Below, in pieces: positions 1 through 10,567 of a stretch of 64,000 nt of DNA; position 1 is the first letter of the stretch, and the number at the start of each line of letters is the position of its first letter. The translations under genes were made by a program, and so were the position numbers. The stretch spans positions 62,001 through 126,000 of the forward strand of contig NIVC01002488.1 of the NCBI GenBank assembly GCA_002269645.1, read 5' to 3'. The notes below the pieces were generated by a model, which was given only the letters and a program-made list of their open reading frames with translations, ran no database searches and was not told where the DNA came from. The stretch is from Macrostomum lignano. Taxonomy: Eukaryota.

Positions 1-2
1 TA

Positions 3-191
3 AAGGTCCTATGCTCATCAGAATGTGCCAAAGAAGCAGTTTGGAAAGATCACTTGAATGTCTCTAAATATTTTGTCTCACAGATCAGTGACCGATCGCT
101 TAAAGACGGATGCCTCGCAGATTGTGCAAAAGCAGCTTCATTGAGAGATCATTTGGATGCTGTGAAATATTTCGCCTCCCAAATCTTGTGA
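3..191 (+). pseudogene. 3' end or remnant of a paralogous 33-aa ankyrin-like repeat gene (extends off the left edge)
   Basis: Frame 3 reads KVLCSSECAKEAVWKDHLNVSKYFVSQISDRSLKDGCLADCAKAASLRDHLDAVKYFASQIL*. It has the same 33-aa period and pattern as the CIKAAESAxxxGHFEVVKFLxxTVSDQxKRDDC repeats at 14469-18630. Stop TGA at 189-191. Confidence 0.55.
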
Positions 192-1998
192 CCAACGCGC
201 AAACCAATAATAAAGCTTCTTCTAAATGTCAGTGGCGGATCGTGGATGGATCTCCTTGCAAATTTTGATTAGCGGAGACAATTTTTGGTGTCTTTTACGA
301 GCCTAGGTGTACTGACCTCCAGATGGGTGCCCCTGTTCTTAGGTGGGCCCTCCTGTCTCTCTTAAAAGTCTATATTGTATTTTCGTTGTGTCAATGGCTT
401 AGTTCCTTTTTTAAACGTGTTTGTGCTAGGAGTATACATTACTTACTTTCAATTGGATTGACAAGGAACAACGAAGCTTGGGCGCAAGAAGGAGCGAAGC
501 CATTTGAGCTTGACATTGAACATTTGATATTTTAACTTGTAACTTTTTACTCGTGAGACTTTATTACACTGGAAATTATTCTATCGTCTTTTGTATTTTC
601 CTGATATTTATATCTTAGTTATTTGTTCTGTGTTTTTGTTCAGTGTCAAGCGAGTTTCTCTTTTGTCAGTCTAAAAGAACTTCAGGCTCCTTTCTCCGCT
701 ATCTAAACTTTTTGAAGTATATTATTCAACACTCATTAGGTTTCAATATTTAAATTCCACTGCATAGCTAAAGTCCGCGTTGTAATTAATGTGTAACAGG
801 TCGTTTACCGGTAGTCGCTGAAGGCCTCTCACGCCAACTACCTTACACGCCTGCTTAACCCCTCTGCCACGACTGACAGAAGCTTCAAAGAACTGAGACA
901 AGTCCTTTTCTTAGGCTTGAGCTCAAACTTTACTCAACTCGGCAGTGGAGAGCCTCGGCTCTTCCAAATGCATTGTATTTATAACCCTCGGCATTGTGCT
1001 CGGGGCAGTGTTGGGGTGGTGGCGTGATATTTTTCCGCCCCACCCATCTTATTTGCTTTTTTGCATGGTTACATGTAGCTAGTTAGATGAATTAACACAG
1101 AGAGAGCACGCAGGGTCTGCGTGGCCGTTTAAGAGCAGGCAAATGGGTGGGTCTAACATTAAGTATCTGTGAAAAGTTTGTAACAGCATATTAGCATTGT
1201 AAAAGCTGATATAATGTCTAGCGTCTTAGTTTTTTCATTTAAGCTCCAGGCCAATTTACCATGGTAGCAGTTAAATTCTCACTTTTCTCTGAACTACAAT
1301 ACGCTCGAAAAGCTCTGAAGTCAGGCCCTTCTCTGTGACTACAGTGTATTTATAAAATCAAACGTGCTTACAATCAGCGTCATTAGTTGCATCAAAAATA
1401 GGAAAAGATATCCCACTAAACATCACACGTAGCATTACTCTTCCAATCTAATCCAGGCGTTTACATACAGCCAAAAGAGTAAAAATAAAATTCACTTTCT
1501 TACCAGTAAACTTTCATTGACTCGCTTAAATAATCAAGTAAAATAGTCATCAGTTAAACAGTTGCTCATGCTGCGCTTATGTCCAGCTATAGGTTTTCAA
1601 TCATGCGATGTCGTTTCGTCATGGCCCAATGCCATACAAATTATCTAAGCTGAGCTTATCAAATTGGTTAGCACTGGTGAATTTCAGTCAGGTAACAGAA
1701 AAACTTTACCTCGACAATGAATATCCACGAATATTTATCAGTACCATGCGATCAGTACATGTATCTTTGGGTCAAAATACTTTGGGTCAGATACTATAAA
1801 CCACAGGTTATTTATCTGTTCTCCAAGGTTATAGCAGCCGTATCGCCTTCGAGCCTCGAACATCGATATCAGCAGCAAGCTATTGAGACTGCTCATGCTT
1901 CAAGAATTGGATTGTATCGCTCTTTAAGTAGTAAACTAACTAAACAAGACTTTTCGACAATTCGAGTTTCGAGCTTATAAAAATAATATATATTAATT

Positions 1999-2404
1999 GG
2001 GACACAGAGGGGGACACCTTGCGGGCACCGCTCGCAGAACAGTCGGGAGGCAGGCAGCAGCAGCATGAGGGGGGTCAGCGCAAGCGCCTGCAGGTCTTTG
2101 ATGAGGCAGTCAGTCAAGTCAGAGTGGCTGCCATCAACCGTCGCAGTTTCTCGGTGGGCTGGTGCATCAGGGTCAGGGGCCGGGAAGGGCGCCCAGGATC
2201 CAGGAGGCAGTGGCCCAGCAGCATCTGAGGGCGCCGGCGCAGGGTGGCGCTCAGGGGCCATCAGAGCATTTTGGTTAGCAGGTGCTCCGGGTAGTGCAAA
2301 CCCAGCACATAGCGCAGCAGCGATCGGTACAGCGCGTCCAGGGCCCGCTCTCGCGTGTTGGTCAGCGGCACAGCCTCCACACCGTACAGGAGGATCGGCT
2401 CTAC
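1999..2404 (-). mobile_element. Decayed 3' fragment of an RTE-like non-LTR retrotransposon (RT C-terminus)
   Basis: Minus strand reads VEPILLYGVEAVPLTNTRERALDALYRSLLRYVLGLHYPEH, then after disruptions LSATLRRRPQMLLGHCL. This is the LLYG..W/TL and RRR..LxGH pattern of LINE RT C-termini. GC-rich island in AT-rich DNA. Confidence 0.7.
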
Positions 2405-2875
2405 GGCCGCGCTATTATGAAATGACTGACATTGGTTTAATCATAATCCTAAGTCTACTGCTAATAAACTTGTCGAAGTGTCAGCGAGGTACTTGCCCAC
2501 TATCTTATAGCATTTTTTGGTACTTATGTTCATTAAAAAGTCAGCCGGAATTTCTAAAAATGTGTAGAGTTTTATAGGGCGGATTCAAAGCCGGAGAGAG
2601 TTCTATAGAGAATAAGGAAATATCAGTAATCAAACTATCTAAATATCTGCTGTGCCAAAAGAAGATGTTTATGCCGTTAGGCAACGTCGATGATTTAAAA
2701 TTTTACTGGCAGTTAAAATTCAAAACATGAGTTGGTTATTTTAATGCTCCAATTCCGGAAATTTCTCTGACGTTAATCTGAATGTTACTGCATATGCAAA
2801 TATAAACACCACACAGATGTACAACACTTCGTCTCTCAGCTCTTTGCTGATTTAATATTGATTGCTCCTCCCCTC

Positions 2876-4612
2876 CGCCTCCCCTGAAGAGAGAATTCGG
2901 TCGATACAATATGCCCTGAAAACTACTGATTTCCCATGAATCCATGACCCAGCAGAAGTCCAAAAAAGCAATCCTAGAAATCCTATCGCATTGTCTGCAC
3001 AGTGTACAGGCATGCAATTAGTACAGTGACTTTAGTTTATATCGGTGTAGAATGAAACTAATCCATTCTGCCAGAGCCTCAGAAGTTGGCCTTCATGGCT
3101 GAGAATGGCCTCAGGCCAATCGCACGGAATCGAACCAACTATACATGCATAAATTTTCGCAAGAGGCAGCTGCTCAGCCCCTCAATTGCAGTCTCGGGCT
3201 TCATCAGTTGTTTATTATTAAAGTGCAGCCGAGCTCCGGCAGCCCATCTCAACTCTGTCCAGCTCTCGGCCGCAGCAGCTCACTGCATTTCGCATTCCTG
3301 CCACCTGCAGCCAGCAGCAACAGACAGGCTTGAGCCGCACTGAATGGCCTGAGAGCCATCAAATTCTGAGATTCAAGCATGGCAACAATGCCTTATTTAT
3401 GACAAAAAGCAGTCTTGAGCTGTAGGGAGCGGGTGTTTAGAGAGGCCAGCTTAACCTCAAGCAGTAATTATCTCTGCTCGCTCGCTATTCTCAGGCCGGC
3501 GCACCGCTCTGCCAGCCTCCCTGCAGAGCTCGGTCTCTGTTTTGAGTAGTGAGCTGGATGGAGCTGCATTCCAGCTAGACTTGTTTATTATCTCAGGCAG
3601 GCAGGAGTTGCCGGGGGGTTGGGTGGTTCGAGAGGCCAGTATGGGGTGATTGCGAACTCGAGCAGTTTTCTCTTTGCCGCCTTTTATCACGCCAGACTGT
3701 CGCACTGCGAGTGCTGAGCTGGGTGGGGCCGTTCCAGATGAAGGTTATAGATTTAATTAGCGATGAGGCTGCCGAGATGAGCAGCGCAAACCTGAGCTGT
3801 CTGAGGCTGCAGTGGCGGCTGCTCCCGAATGAGTTGCAGCCCCAGCCTCGCACAATGGAGACTCTGCATTGTGCTTGAGCACCCTGCCTGCCCCCTCACT
3901 GCACCTTCGCTTCTGTGCTCAGAGATGACGGGCGGAGGCTGAGCTGACAGCCAGCTGCACTTTTTTGATAGTTTAGCGCTTTCTTGAAGCATGAGAAAAC
4001 AAGCGTTTATTGAGCGGATTCTGCATGATCTGAGCTGGGATCTTATAGAGAGTAGAGAAGCTGAGCTGTCGAGTTGACAAATCTCAGCAGTGAAATGCTG
4101 AAGTGCCGGTCACTAAATGCAAAATGCAATAAAAAAAGCCAGGCAGCCGCAGTGCACAGATAAACCGTGTGAAATCCAAAATCAGCCTACATGTGAGTCC
4201 CACACTGTCCTGGGCAGGCCGAGAGCTGGACAGAATTGAGATGGGCTGCCAGAGCTCGGCTGCACTTTAATAATAAACAACTGATGAAGCCCAAGAGTGC
4301 AATTGAGAGGCTGAGCAGCTGCCTCTTGCGAAAATTTATGCATGTATAGTTGGTTCGATTCCGTGCGATTGGCCTGAGGCCATTCTCAGCCATGAAGGCC
4401 AACTTCTGAGGCTCTGGCAGAATGGATTAGTTTCATTCTACACCGATATAAACTAAAGTCACTGTACTAATTGCATGCCTGTACACTGTGCAGACAATGC
4501 GATAGGATTTCTAGGATTGCTTTTTTAGACTTCTGCTGGGTCATAGATTCATGGGAAATCAGTAGTTTTCAGGGCATATTGTATCGACCGAATTCTCTCT
4601 TCAGGGGAGGCG
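2876..4612. mobile_element. Non-autonomous foldback/MITE-like element, copy 1, with ~396-bp terminal inverted repeats
   Basis: 2876-3271 is the reverse complement of 4217-4612 (terminus cgcctcccctgaagagagaattcggtcgatac). No transposase ORF and no clear TSD. Confidence 0.8.
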
Positions 4613-4616
4613 TGGA

Positions 4617-6382
4617 TCCCCAGAAGAGAGAATTCGGTCGATACAATATGCCCTGAAAACTACTGATTTCCCATGAATCCATGACCCAGCAGAAGTCCAA
4701 AAAAGCAATCCTAGAAATCCTATCGCATTGTCTGCACAGTGTACAGGTATGCAAAATATTACAGTGACTTTAGTTGATATCGGTATAGAATGAAACTAAT
4801 CCATTCTGCCAGAGCCTCAGAAGTTGGCCTTTCATGGCTGAGTATCGCCTCAGGCCAATCGCACGGAATCGAACCAACTATACATGCATACATTTTTCGC
4901 AAGAGGCAGCTGCTCAGCCTCTCAATTGCTTCATCAGTTGTTTATTATTAAAGTGCAGCCGAGCTCTGGCAGCCCATCTCTATTCTGTCCAGCTCTCGGC
5001 CGCAGCAATTCGCTGCATTTTGCATTCCTGCCACCTGCAGCCAGCAGCAACAGACAGGCTTGAGCACGCACTGAATGGCCTGAGAGCCATCGAATTATGA
5101 TATGCGAGCATGGTCACAATGGCTTTTTAGGACAAAACGCAGTCGAGCTGTAGGCAGCGGGTGGTTAGAGAGGCCAGCTTAACCTCTCTGTATCTCTGCT
5201 CGCTCGCTATTCTCAGGCCAGCTCACCGCTCTGTCAGCCTCCCTGCAGTTTGGCAGACTCCGGGGGCAACCAGCAGTGCTGTACTCGGTCTGTTTTGAGT
5301 AGTGAGCTGAATGGAGCTGCATTCTAGCTAGACTTATTTATTATCTCAGGCAGGAGTTGCGGGGGTTGGGTGGTTCGAGAGGCCAGTATGGGGTGATTGC
5401 GAACTCGAGTAGTTTTCTCTTTGCGGGCTTTTATGACGCCAGACTGTCGCACTGCGAGTGCTGAGCTGGGTGGGGCCGTTCCAGATGAAGCTTGGAGATT
5501 CATTTAGCGATGAGGCTGCCGAGATGACCAGCGCAAAGCTGAGCTGTCTGAGGCTGCAGTGGCAGCTGCTCCCGAAAGAGTTGCAGCCCCAGCCTTGCAC
5601 AATGGAGACTCTGCATTGTGCTTTAGCACCCTGCCTGCCCCCTCACTGCACCTTCGCTTCTGTGCTCAGAGATGACGGGCGGAGGCTGGGCTGCCAGCCA
5701 GCTGCATTTTTTTGATAGTTTAGCGCTTTCTCGAAGCATGAGAAAACAAGCGTTTATTGAGCGGAGTCTGCATGATCTGAGCTGGGATCTGATAGAGAAC
5801 AAAGAAGCTGAGCTGGGATCTTATGGAGAGTAGAGAAGCTGAGCTTTCGAGTTGACAAATCTCAGCAGTGAAATGCTAAATTGCCGGTCACCAAGTGCAA
5901 AATACAATAAAAAAGCCAGGCAGCCGCAGTGCACAGATAAACCGTATAAAATCCAAAATCAGCCTATATGTGAGTCCCGCACTGTCCTGGGCAGGCCGAG
6001 AGCTGGACAGAATAGAGACGGGCTGCCAGAGCTCGGCTGCACTTTAATAATAAACAACTGATGAAGCAATTGAGAGGCTGAGCAGCTGCCTCTTGCGAAA
6101 AATGTATGCATGTATAGTTGGTTCGATTCCGTGCGATTGGCCTGAGGCGATACTCAGCCATGAAAGGCCAACTTCTGAGGCTCTGGCAGAATGGATTAGT
6201 TTCATTCTATACCGATATCAACTAAAGTCACTGTAATATTTTGCATACTTGTACACTGTGCAGACAATGCGATAGGATTTCTAGGATTGCTTTTTTGGAC
6301 TTCTGCTGGGTCATGGATTCATGGGAAATCAGTAGTTTTCAGGGCATATTGTATCGACCGAATTCTCTCTTCAGGGGAGGCG
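4617..6382. mobile_element. Non-autonomous foldback/MITE-like element, copy 2, in tandem with copy 1
   Basis: Same TIRs (about 4617-5001 and 5995-6382) and same internal sequence in the same orientation as copy 1, with scattered substitutions and indels. Confidence 0.8.
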
Positions 6383-7389
6383 TGCATGCTAGTTACTAAT
6401 GCTAAGTGGGATTTTTCATTTCAAAAAAATGATAAAAAAAATCCTGAATGTCACTGAAAAGACTCTCAGCTCTTTAGAAATTTGTTTAAATGATTGTTGT
6501 ACATATTGAAGAAAGAAGCAGAGTTTTTATTTAGAATTTAGATGCAGGTACAAATAGTTAGGCATCAGCACATCAAGCGTACATACATGTAAGTTTACAT
6601 CTTGAATATCATAGTTGATGTAAACTAAATACGCTCGTATTTGTAGAAGAAAGTTATGCAAAAAGTTTTTTGTAGAAGTTTTCACTTGTTTTTGTTAAGG
6701 GAAAACGATAAGAGTTCGAAGTTAGCTGATTGTGAAAAAACAAATGAAGAACAAAAAAATATATCATGAAAACAAACTGGCAATTAAAAGGCTAAATTAA
6801 TTTCTATCGCTTATATCAATATAGATTGCTACTTGTACTTATAAAAGAAAACCGCTTCTCAACAATAGAAGTGACAGCTGAGACATCTGAGGCGGGGGGT
6901 CGGCTGGCTAAATCCAAATTCAACGAACTGATATTGTATATTCATCAAGAATTATATATATTAGCTCACAATGGCAGTACAGTGTAGGTGCGTGCAACCC
7001 ATAATTTGGCAGAGACAGCGACAACAAACAGCTAGACAGTAAAGGTATATACAGAAAGAGAAATCAAAAGATCAAAAATGAATTTAAAAAGCCTTGAAAT
7101 TAATTACTATAATCTAATAATAATCTATCCGTGCTTTCAGCTTATTTAAAGAATAAAGAAAACTTGTTTTAATGCAGCCAAGGACGACTTGAATTTAATT
7201 TAAAAGTAGTCTTGTGAAGTAGTCTGTAGGGTAAAAGAACACCAGGCTGCTGATCTATTATTTTAGGGAAAACAAATAAAATATGTTTTTTAACTGTCCC
7301 TACAGGCTACGATGTGTGAATTAAGCACATGTACGATTATGGTGAATATAAAAAGCCTATAAAAAAACGTCTACAGGAATTTGATTGAA

Positions 7390-8574
7390 TCAGTCTATTT
7401 CAATAAGAGTTGGAATTCGAACCTTTCCATCGGAACCTCTGCGCCGAGGGACACAATGATGCTGAGCGCAAATCGGAAACTTCTTCTTGAAACAAAAGTC
7501 TCTTAGCTTAAACTGCTTTCCCTGTCCTCGAAAAGTTCTCTGATCGAAAGTACACAGAGCGTACCTGAGCTCAAAGTATTTGTCAGCGTGCACAAGATAC
7601 ACGGTTCCAAATTTGAGTCCTCTTAATATTTCTTTAAACTTGCCGCTGCACTGGCAGTTTAGGCCTGACCATGAATCTGGAGGCTTTTTAACGACTTTTT
7701 GTACCGGGTTTTTTTTGCACGCGTCGCAGTTCCAGTTGTGCAGCAGTATATTTTCTCCGTCATTCTGGTTTAAAAAGTTCAGGGGCTTGCTTAGTTGCCC
7801 CTGAATTACCAGACGATGCTCTTCTGAGCAGCAGAAGTGCTTTGGAGGTTCAAAATTGACACTCTTCACCGAAATTCCAATCTTCTTCCACTCGGGTTCG
7901 GCTCCAGGATTGACATTTACCTCTTTCTCTATCCGCAGGTCGTACTTTTCTGTTTCACGACAATACACGCAGCCAGGCACACGGAAATCCGGGTGAAAGC
8001 TGACGTGAGTTAAAGCCAAGTACTCTCCGAAAATAGACTCTTTAATATCGTTTTTTTCACTGTGAAGAATCATCTCTAGCAAGCACGGGATCTCTGTCAC
8101 TTTACTTGAATTTCGGAAAACTTCGAAAGTGATGTTGGCATCTTTGAGCAGCAAGTAAAGAGATGCAGCAGCCAATCCTTCTGAGTAGCTGTCAGGGACG
8201 TGAACCACTGTAGCTTCAGACAGCTTCCATTGGTTAGGGTTGTCTAGAAGATGAACAGACAGTCTGTCAGCTTCTTGATTGGATCTTTCACGAACCACAG
8301 GCCTTTTATGAACCACCTCGAATGGTGTTCCTGTAACACATACGCTCTTTCTGAATATAGTGTAGGCTTTTTTGTAAACGGTAAGGAATTTGGGATCACC
8401 ATACTGTCCTGAAGACTCGCTGGCAGTTAAAACAGTTAGCAAGGCAGCAAGTTCGTTGCCGCCAGGCAGATCAGCAAAGTTTATTTTGTCGAGTTCCTCT
8501 ACCAGCTCTTTGTTGTAGCGCGCCGCTATGGTTTGATTCGAAGGATTTATTACATTCGCTGTTACACTGGCCAT
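7390..8574 (-). CDS. Intronless 394-aa hypothetical protein with Cys/His-rich C-terminal half; no family recognised
   Basis: Uninterrupted 1185-bp non-repetitive ORF, start context acaATGG, ordinary amino-acid composition. Motifs CVYC, HFCCSEEH, HNWNCDAC, CQC, CAQHHC. Confidence 0.75.
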   Translation of the reverse strand: MASVTANVINPSNQTIAARYNKELVEELDKINFADLPGGNELAALLTVLTASESSGQYGDPKFLTVYKKAYTIFRKSVCVTGTPFEVVHKRPVVRERSNQEADRLSVHLLDNPNQWKLSEATVVHVPDSYSEGLAAASLYLLLKDANITFEVFRNSSKVTEIPCLLEMILHSEKNDIKESIFGEYLALTHVSFHPDFRVPGCVYCRETEKYDLRIEKEVNVNPGAEPEWKKIGISVKSVNFEPPKHFCCSEEHRLVIQGQLSKPLNFLNQNDGENILLHNWNCDACKKNPVQKVVKKPPDSWSGLNCQCSGKFKEILRGLKFGTVYLVHADKYFELRYALCTFDQRTFRGQGKQFKLRDFCFKKKFPICAQHHCVPRRRGSDGKVRIPTLIEID

Positions 8575-9539
8575 TGTATTAAACAGATTTTAGACTTGGC
8601 AAAACATGAAATCGGCTCTAAAAGTGGTATTTTATAAAGATGCCGGACTGCAACGAATTTTTTTCCCAGTATAACCAGAAAAGTATATTACGAGCTAAAA
8701 TTGCGCTTACATACGCTCGTCGATCAAACAGAGATTAAATCGGCAGTTGGCAGTTAGGTAATCAAATATTTGCAACTGATCAGCCGTTGATGTTGTTTTG
8801 AATAAAAATATTTTTTATATCTGCTCACACTCACTATTTGTATATTTCCTAAAACGTGAGGCAAGAATGAAGAGAAGCTTTTTCTGTTTAAACCAACAAG
8901 TTCCGTTTAAATCCAATCAGCAACTGTTCTAGGACCGTAAATTCAGCAGTGTACAAATCAAAATGAGTTGAAACGGCGACCACGGACAACACTAGCTAAA
9001 TTCACGTCTATGTGGTTAAGTGTGGTAAAAACTCAATACTTGTGGCTGCTTTCTTATTCTTTCTTGGAGGGTTGGGAGAAAGAAAGAGCAGACATTGTAG
9101 TCGTCAAAAACTGCTTGAGCTCTTGCACAAAGGCTAAGGCTGTTGAGGCACAAGAACAGTATCTTTCTGTTGCTAACTCAAAACTACAGTCCATGCATTT
9201 GGCTGTGATGATGTACGATATTTTAACCTTAATGCTGTGAGAACACTACTCTCTTTCCGCCCTGCAGAGTCTTAGATACTCTTCGCTCGGTTTGCAGCAT
9301 GAGATTACAGCTTGAGAACTTGTTTATTCTCAGGCAGAGCTTTTCTCTTTTGCATGCTCCATTGAGTCAGCGCACGATATATAGAGAAGAGAGAAATTTT
9401 GTCGTTCTATTTTTTAAAGCTCTAAAGAAACGAAACTGCAGCGTCTGAGCTTTCCACTTTTTCATACGGTAGCTGTTCAGTTTTTTAAAGCATTTCTGAC
9501 TAGCAGCAGCAAAGAGCTCCACTGCCTGGCAAAGCAGGC

Positions 9540-10567
9540 ATGGCTTTGCTTGGCTTTTACGATGGAATTCTAAAAGAGTTGCTTAGCGCCTGCGAAATCG
9601 CACGCAATGCTGATCAGCCCCTGCTCCAGACCGCAGAAGACTCTCCACTGCTGAAGTTCTGTCTAGAAGAGACCAATGAATCGAGTTGTCAACTCATCAT
9701 TCAGCGGGCTGAAAGTGCACACCAGGTCGATGCTGTCTCAGCGCTTTGCTGGACTTCGCCGCATCACCAGGTTGCTATGAGAGTCTCAAGACAAATTGAA
9801 GACTTGACAATGGACTCTGGAAACCAGCAAACTCAGCTCATTCTGTACGACTTGTGCCGATTTGCTTTCAAATACTTGAAGGAGCCCCAAAAACCCGACC
9901 TGAAAATACTTACTAATGAAAAATTGATAATGAGCTTGTTCGACTTCAAGAGACAGCCGGACCATCAGCGAGTGGAAAATTTCCTTGTAAGTGCCTACCT
10001 GTTTATGCACCTTATCCGAGTGCCAGGTGACAGACTTATGACCGTATTTGAAGACGCAAATAGCAGCCTTTGCATCCAGATTGGTGATGGACCCCGAAGC
10101 TCGATTCGAAAGTTGACTTTCGACTGCAGCACCGAAACAGATGAGTCTTTCGAGCAACAATTTCTCAAAACCCTGAGTGAGGGTGGCTCTCCATTGTACA
10201 TCTGTTTATTCTTTAACGAACTGAAGACTTGCAGCTGGTACCTCAATGAAAAGGGCAAGGACAAGCAGCACGATAGGCTCCCGAATCATGACACAAGCTT
10301 GATCAAGCTCGAAGGCGATGGCTCGAAGCTGAATATCTCAGTGACAGCCTTCGATAGCGTTGAAGACAAATACAGCAGCTTCCAGATGGAGCTGAGTGCG
10401 GATGCAGCATTCTCACCCGATCGGTTTGGAGACGATAAGCTGCTGTCGACTGTAGTTCGCCTCGTTCGAAAAGTCGTGGTGGAGCAGAAGCCGGCCAACC
10501 TCTGCCTCGTCTGCCTTACCGTTCCGTGTCGGACAGCCATTAAGTGGTTGGACATCGCTTCCGGCAG
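9540..10567 (+). CDS. Exon 1: ~343-aa domain of unknown family
   Basis: Long non-repetitive ORF ending exactly at a strong donor AG|GTGAGT (10567/10568). Confidence 0.8.

Noticed and set aside
2736-6161. Repeated short ORFs (MAFMAENGLRPIARN, MHACTLCRQCDR)
   Set aside because: They fall in TIRs of a non-coding element, are broken by different indels in each copy, and show no transposase motif.
7390-8574. Faint resemblance of the Cys/His spacing to UPF1 or nidovirus helicase zinc-binding domains
   Set aside because: The spacing does not align convincingly and there are no helicase motifs, so the ORF is left unassigned.
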